Of a stretch of DNA of 64,000 bases, positions 45,173 to 64,000 are shown piece after piece. The first letter of the stretch is position 1. Each line of letters opens with the position of its first letter. The notes below the pieces were generated by a model that worked only from the letters and a program-made list of their open reading frames with translations, did not search any database and had not been told where the DNA came from. Location: positions 62,001 to 126,000 of the forward strand of contig JAQGDQ010000271.1 of assembly GCA_030141605.1 (NCBI GenBank), given 5' to 3'. This stretch comes from Tubiluchus corallicola. Its lineage: Eukaryota; Animalia; Priapulida. The translations under genes and the position numbers were made by a program.

Positions 45173-45810
45173 AGGACAAGAAAAGGGGCACCTGAACGAG
45201 GTTTCAGAGAAATTGCCTTAAAAATTATATTACTTTATAGCAATTTATGCATACATCGTACTTGCGTTGAAAGGATTTTTTATTTTCATTTTAAATCTCC
45301 CACAATACAGTTCCGATCGCGCCATTACATGACGTCATATATGCACGTCGTAAATCAAGGGAAGAAACTCAAATATTAAATTATGTCCCAAAAAACTTTA
45401 CATGCAAATCTATATTACTTACCATTTCGCTTACCTGCTTGAAAGACTTATGTAACTAGAAAAGAAAATTATTAATTATTTAAATGTTTTCACCAATTGG
45501 TAAAATGTAGCTGACTCACCCTCCATGGTGCGCCACTCACTAACCAGAAAACGTATTTTAAACTTATTGACAAGATACAGTAATTTGAAATTTTTCTTTG
45601 CTACGAATACTTTGATTATTTTTTCAAACTACTCAGTGTTATCTAAACTTTTTTCAAATGACCTTTCGTCAAAATAGCTGCGTCTAATGGTCATTGCGGG
45701 AGCGTTGCTGCCGACGCAAGTCCTATATGCAAAAAGGCAGTATACAAGTGGTGCAAAAATTTCAAGACGAATTTTTTAGGTTTTATGTAAGTGGAGTGTT
45801 TTCTTGTGCT
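45173..45810 (+). mobile_element. TTAA-AGG MITE family B, diverged copy
   Basis: Homologous to 4240-4921. Confidence 0.8.
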
Positions 45811-46369
45811 TTGACTGCAAAGAGATAAAAACAAGTTGCTCAGCCAACTATGAACTCAGCGTTTTTTCAATTTTAAAAATTTTAATTAATTAGCTACTAT
45901 AGATGTTCCTTTAATCGATAAACTAATTACTGAAACGCTCATACAATTTATTTATTATAAATTTATTTGGAAAAATACACATATTTGCATTATAAAAACA
46001 AAAGTGTCAGTTTTTAATTTTACATAATAAAATTTTAATGAGTCAGCTTTCCTCCATTTTGTTCTGCTCAGTATCGTAGAGTTCCGCGAAGCTCTTTATA
46101 GTTGATAAAACTATGCTCAAATGCACTCCATTATGTACTAGAAGAGAGGAGTCATCTAGCCAGGCGGTGTTAACGTGGATTTACGGAACACAGTAGTTGA
46201 AATCTAGAGACACCTAGGAATGTAGACCTGTTACATAAAGGAATGCGTATCCAAGCGCACAAAGATCGTGGTCGCTTTTTTACCAAAAATAATTATAGTG
46301 ACAGAATTTTCAGTTAGAAAATATCAACAATCAAGCAAAAAATTTAATCACGGTAGCAGCAAAATAACG

Positions 46370-46580
46370 TGAGCAGAATCCGAAGTTACTACTGTCGCCA
46401 TCTAGCGACGGGTGAACAGAATCCGAAGTTAGTATTATCGCCATCTAGCGGCAGGTGAACAGAATCCGAAGTTATTATTATCGCCATGTAGCGGCGGGTG
46501 AACATAATCCGAAGTTACTATTATCGCCATCTAGCGGCAGGTGAACAGAATCCAAAGTACTATTATCGCCATCTAGCGGT
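46370..46580. repeat. 43-bp tandem repeat x5, each with a CTCF-like motif
   Basis: Unit GAACAGAATCCGAAGTTACTATTATCGCCATCTAGCGGCAGGT. Confidence 0.9.
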
Positions 46581-46810
46581 GCAGTTTGGTGGCTTGTATC
46601 CTATCCGACAGTAACAGCGATTGGGGGCTGTACACGTGCCGCCATTCAAGCACGGTGGGTCACAAACAGCTGAAAAATAAATATTTCATTTGTTGTGAAT
46701 TTCATAATTTAAATTAAAAGCAATTACAGCACGACAGCTGAAAAGTTTTGACATTATGGCAATGTTATTACAAGATCTGAATACAACGAATTATTAGTAT
46801 TGTCGCGACA

Positions 46811-49800
46811 TTGTAAACAGCACAGTACTCCTAAGCACCATGTCATGAATTTGTAAACAGCACAGTACTCCTAAGCACCATGTCATGAACTTGTAAACAG
46901 CACAGTACTCCTAAGCACCATGTCATGAACTTGCAAACACCACTGTACTCCCAAGAACCATGTCATGAACTTGTAAACAGCACAGTACTCCTAAGCACCA
47001 TGTCATGAACTTGCAAACACCACTGTACTCCCAAGCACCATGTCATGAACTTGTAAACAGCACAGTACTCCTAAGCACCATGTCATGAACTTGCAAACAG
47101 CACAGTACTCCTAAGCACCATGTCATGAACTTGTAAACAACACTGTACTCCCAAGCACCATGTCATGAACTTGTAAACAACACAGTACTCCTAAGCACCA
47201 TGTCATGAGCTTGTAAACAGCACAGTACTCCTAAGCACCATGTCATGAACTTGTAAACAGCACAGTACTCCTAAGCACCATGTCATGAACTTGTAAACAG
47301 CACAGTACTCCTAAGCACCATGTCATGAACTTGTAAACAGCACAGTACTCCTAAGCACCATGTCATGAACTTGCAAACACCACTGTACTCCCAAGCACCA
47401 TGTCATGAACTTGTAAACAGCACAGTACTCCTAAGCACCATGTCATGAACTTGCAAACACCACTGTACTCCCAAGCACCATGTCATGAACTTGTAAACAA
47501 CACAGTACTCCTAAGCACCATGTCATGAACTTGTAAACAACACTGTACTCCCAAGCACCATGTCATGAACTTGTAAACAACACAGTACTCCTAAGCACCA
47601 TGTCATGAGCTTGTAAACAGCACAGTACTCCTAAGCACCATGTCATGAACTTGTAAACAGCACAGTACTCCTAAGCACCATGTCATGAGCTTGTAAACAG
47701 CACAGCACTCCTAAGCACCATGTCATGAACTTGTAAACACCACAGTACTCTTAAGCACCATGTCATGAACTTGCAAACAGCACAGTACTCCTAAGCACCA
47801 TGTCATGAACTTGTAAACAGCACAGTACTCCTAAGCACCATGTCATGAACTTGGAAACACCACTGTACTCCTAAGCACCATGTCATGAATTTGTAAACAG
47901 CACAGTACTCCCAAGCACCATGTCATGAATTTGTAAACAGCACAGTACTCCCAAGCACCATGTCATGAACTTGTAAACAGCACAGTACTCCTAAGCACCA
48001 TGTCATGAACTTGGAAACAGCACAGTACTCCTAAGCACCATGTCATGAGCTTGTAAACAGCACAGTACTCCTAAGCACCATGTCATGAACTTGTAAACAG
48101 CACTGTACTCCTAAGCACCATGTCATGAACTTGTAAACAGCACAGTACTCCTAAGCACCATGTCATGAACTTGTAAACAGCACAGTACTCCTAAGCACCA
48201 TGTCATGAACTTGTAAACAACACAGTACTCCTAAGCACCATGTCATGAACTTGTAAACAGCACTGTACTCCTAAGCACCATGTCATGAATTTGTAAACAG
48301 CACAGTACTCCCAAGCACCATGTCATGAACTTGTAAACAGCACAGTACTCCTAAGCACCATGTCATGAACTTGTAAACAGCACAGTACTCCCAAGCACCA
48401 TGTCATGAACTTGTAAACAGCACAGTACTCTAAACCATGTCATGAACTTGTAAACAGCACAGTACTCCTAAGCACCATGTCAGCTTGTAAACAGCACAGT
48501 ACTCTAAGCACCATGTCATGAACTTGTAAACAGCACAGTACTCCTAAGCACCATGTCATGAACTTGTAAACAGCACAGTACTCCTAAGCACCATGTCATG
48601 AACTTGTAAACAGCACAGTACTCTAAGCACCATGTCATGAACTTGTAAACCCAATGTACTCCTAAGCACCATGTCATGAACTTGTAAACAGCACAGTACT
48701 CCTAAGCACCATGTCATGAACTTGTAAACAGCACAGTACTCCTAAGCACCATGTCATGAACTTGTAAACAGCACAGTACTCCTAAGCACCATGTCATGAA
48801 CTTGTAAACAGCACAGTACTCCTAAGCACCATGTCATGAACTTGCAAACAGCACAGTACTCCTAAGCACCATGTCATGAACTTGTAAACAGCACTGTACT
48901 CCTAAGCACCATGTCATGAACTTGTAAACAGCACAATACTCCTAAGCACCATGTCATGAACTTGTAAACAGCACTGTACTCCTAAGCACCATGTCGTGAA
49001 CTTGTAAACAGCACAGTACTCCTAAGCACCATGTCATGAACTTGTAAACAGCACAGTACTCCTAAGCACCATGTCATGAACTTGTAAACAGCACAGTACT
49101 CCTAAGCACCATGTCATGAACTTGTAAACAGCACAGTACTCCTAAGCACCATGTCATGAACTTGTAAACACCACTGTACTCCTAAGCACCATGTCATGAA
49201 CTTGTAAACAGCACAGTACTCCTAAGCACCATGTCATGAACTTGTAAACAGCACAGTACTCCTAAGCACCATGTCATGAACTTGTAAACAGCACAGTACT
49301 CCTAAGCACCATGTCATGAACTTGTAAACAGCACAGTACTCCTAAGCACCATGTCATGAACTTGTAAACAACACAGTACTCCTAAGCACCATGTCATGAA
49401 CTTGTAAACAGCACAGTACTCCTAAGCACCATGCCATGAACTTGTAAACAACACTGTACTCCTAAGCACCATGTCATGAACTTGTAAACAGCACAGTACT
49501 CCTAAGCACCATGTCATGAACTTGTAAACAGCACAGTACTCCTAAGCACCATGTCATGAACTTGTAAACAACACAGTACTCCTAAGCACCATGTCATGAA
49601 CTTGTAAACAGCACAGTACTCCTAAGCACCATGTCATGAACTTGTAAACAGCACAGTACTCCTAAGCACCATGTCATGAACTTGTAAACAACACAGTACT
49701 CCTAAGCACCATGTCATGAACTTGTAAACAGCACAGTACTCCTAAGCACCATGTCATGAACTTGTAAACAGCACAGTACTCCTAAGCACCATGTCATGAG

Positions 49801-50008
49801 CTTGTAAACAGCACAGTACTCCTAAGCACCATGTCATGAACTTGCAAACACTACAGTACTCCTAAGCACCATGTCATGAACTTGCAAACACTACAGTACT
49901 CCTAAGCACCATGTCATGAACTTGTAAACAGCACAGTACTCCCAAGCACCATGTCATGAATTTGTAAACAGCACAGTACTCCTAAGCACCATGTCATGAA
50001 CTTGTAAA
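46811..50008. repeat. 40-bp minisatellite, about 80 units
   Basis: Unit TTGTAAACAGCACAGTACTCCTAAGCACCATGTCATGAAC. Confidence 0.98.
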
Positions 50009-50080
50009 AGTTCTAGTTATTTTTTGTTTGCTCTTAAAGTGTGGGAGTTCTTAAGCTGTTAGACTGAAAGTTTTTTGTAT

Positions 50081-64000
<13,920 letters not shown>

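Noticed and set aside
46811-50008. CRISPR array, or miR-30/miR-101 site array
   Set aside because: No spacers; those miRNA families are vertebrate/chordate-restricted, and their matches show how easily chance seed hits arise

Overview
AT-rich, repeat-dense genomic DNA from an invertebrate metazoan; the species cannot be identified from sequence alone. Three spliced protein-coding genes can be rebuilt by hand with consistent GT-AG sites and phases. (1) A minus-strand uncharacterised, probably secreted protein with a lamin-tail-domain-like motif (exons 10736-10685, 5762-5588, 4204-3988, 1034-838/834). (2) Head-to-head with it, a 16-exon plus-strand inverted formin (INF2-like: DID, FH1, FH2, DAD/WH2; 11041-44242, about 1208 aa). 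(3) Convergent with INF2, the 3' part of a SVEP1/polydom-like gene on the minus strand (a >4.89 kb exon with 27 sushi modules, three single-sushi exons, an EGF exon and a probable last exon at 50142-50081). Introns hold TTAA-AGG (Kolobok/T2-like), hAT, pogo, piggyBac-like and Harbinger-like MITEs, tRNA- and 5S-derived SINEs, LINE 3' ends, Penelope-like repeats with hammerhead motifs, a probable solo LTR, and many micro- and minisatellites. The most notable observations are a TSD-bounded 5S-headed SINE, a hammerhead-bearing inverted repeat just after the INF2 stop, a duplicated 3-nt microexon candidate, an RFX-box-overlapping mini-exon, a tandem CTCF-motif array between the convergent genes, and a 3.2 kb array carrying a miR-29 seed match in each unit. 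Gene models are manual and unverified by transcripts. Most listed short ORFs are repeat artefacts.
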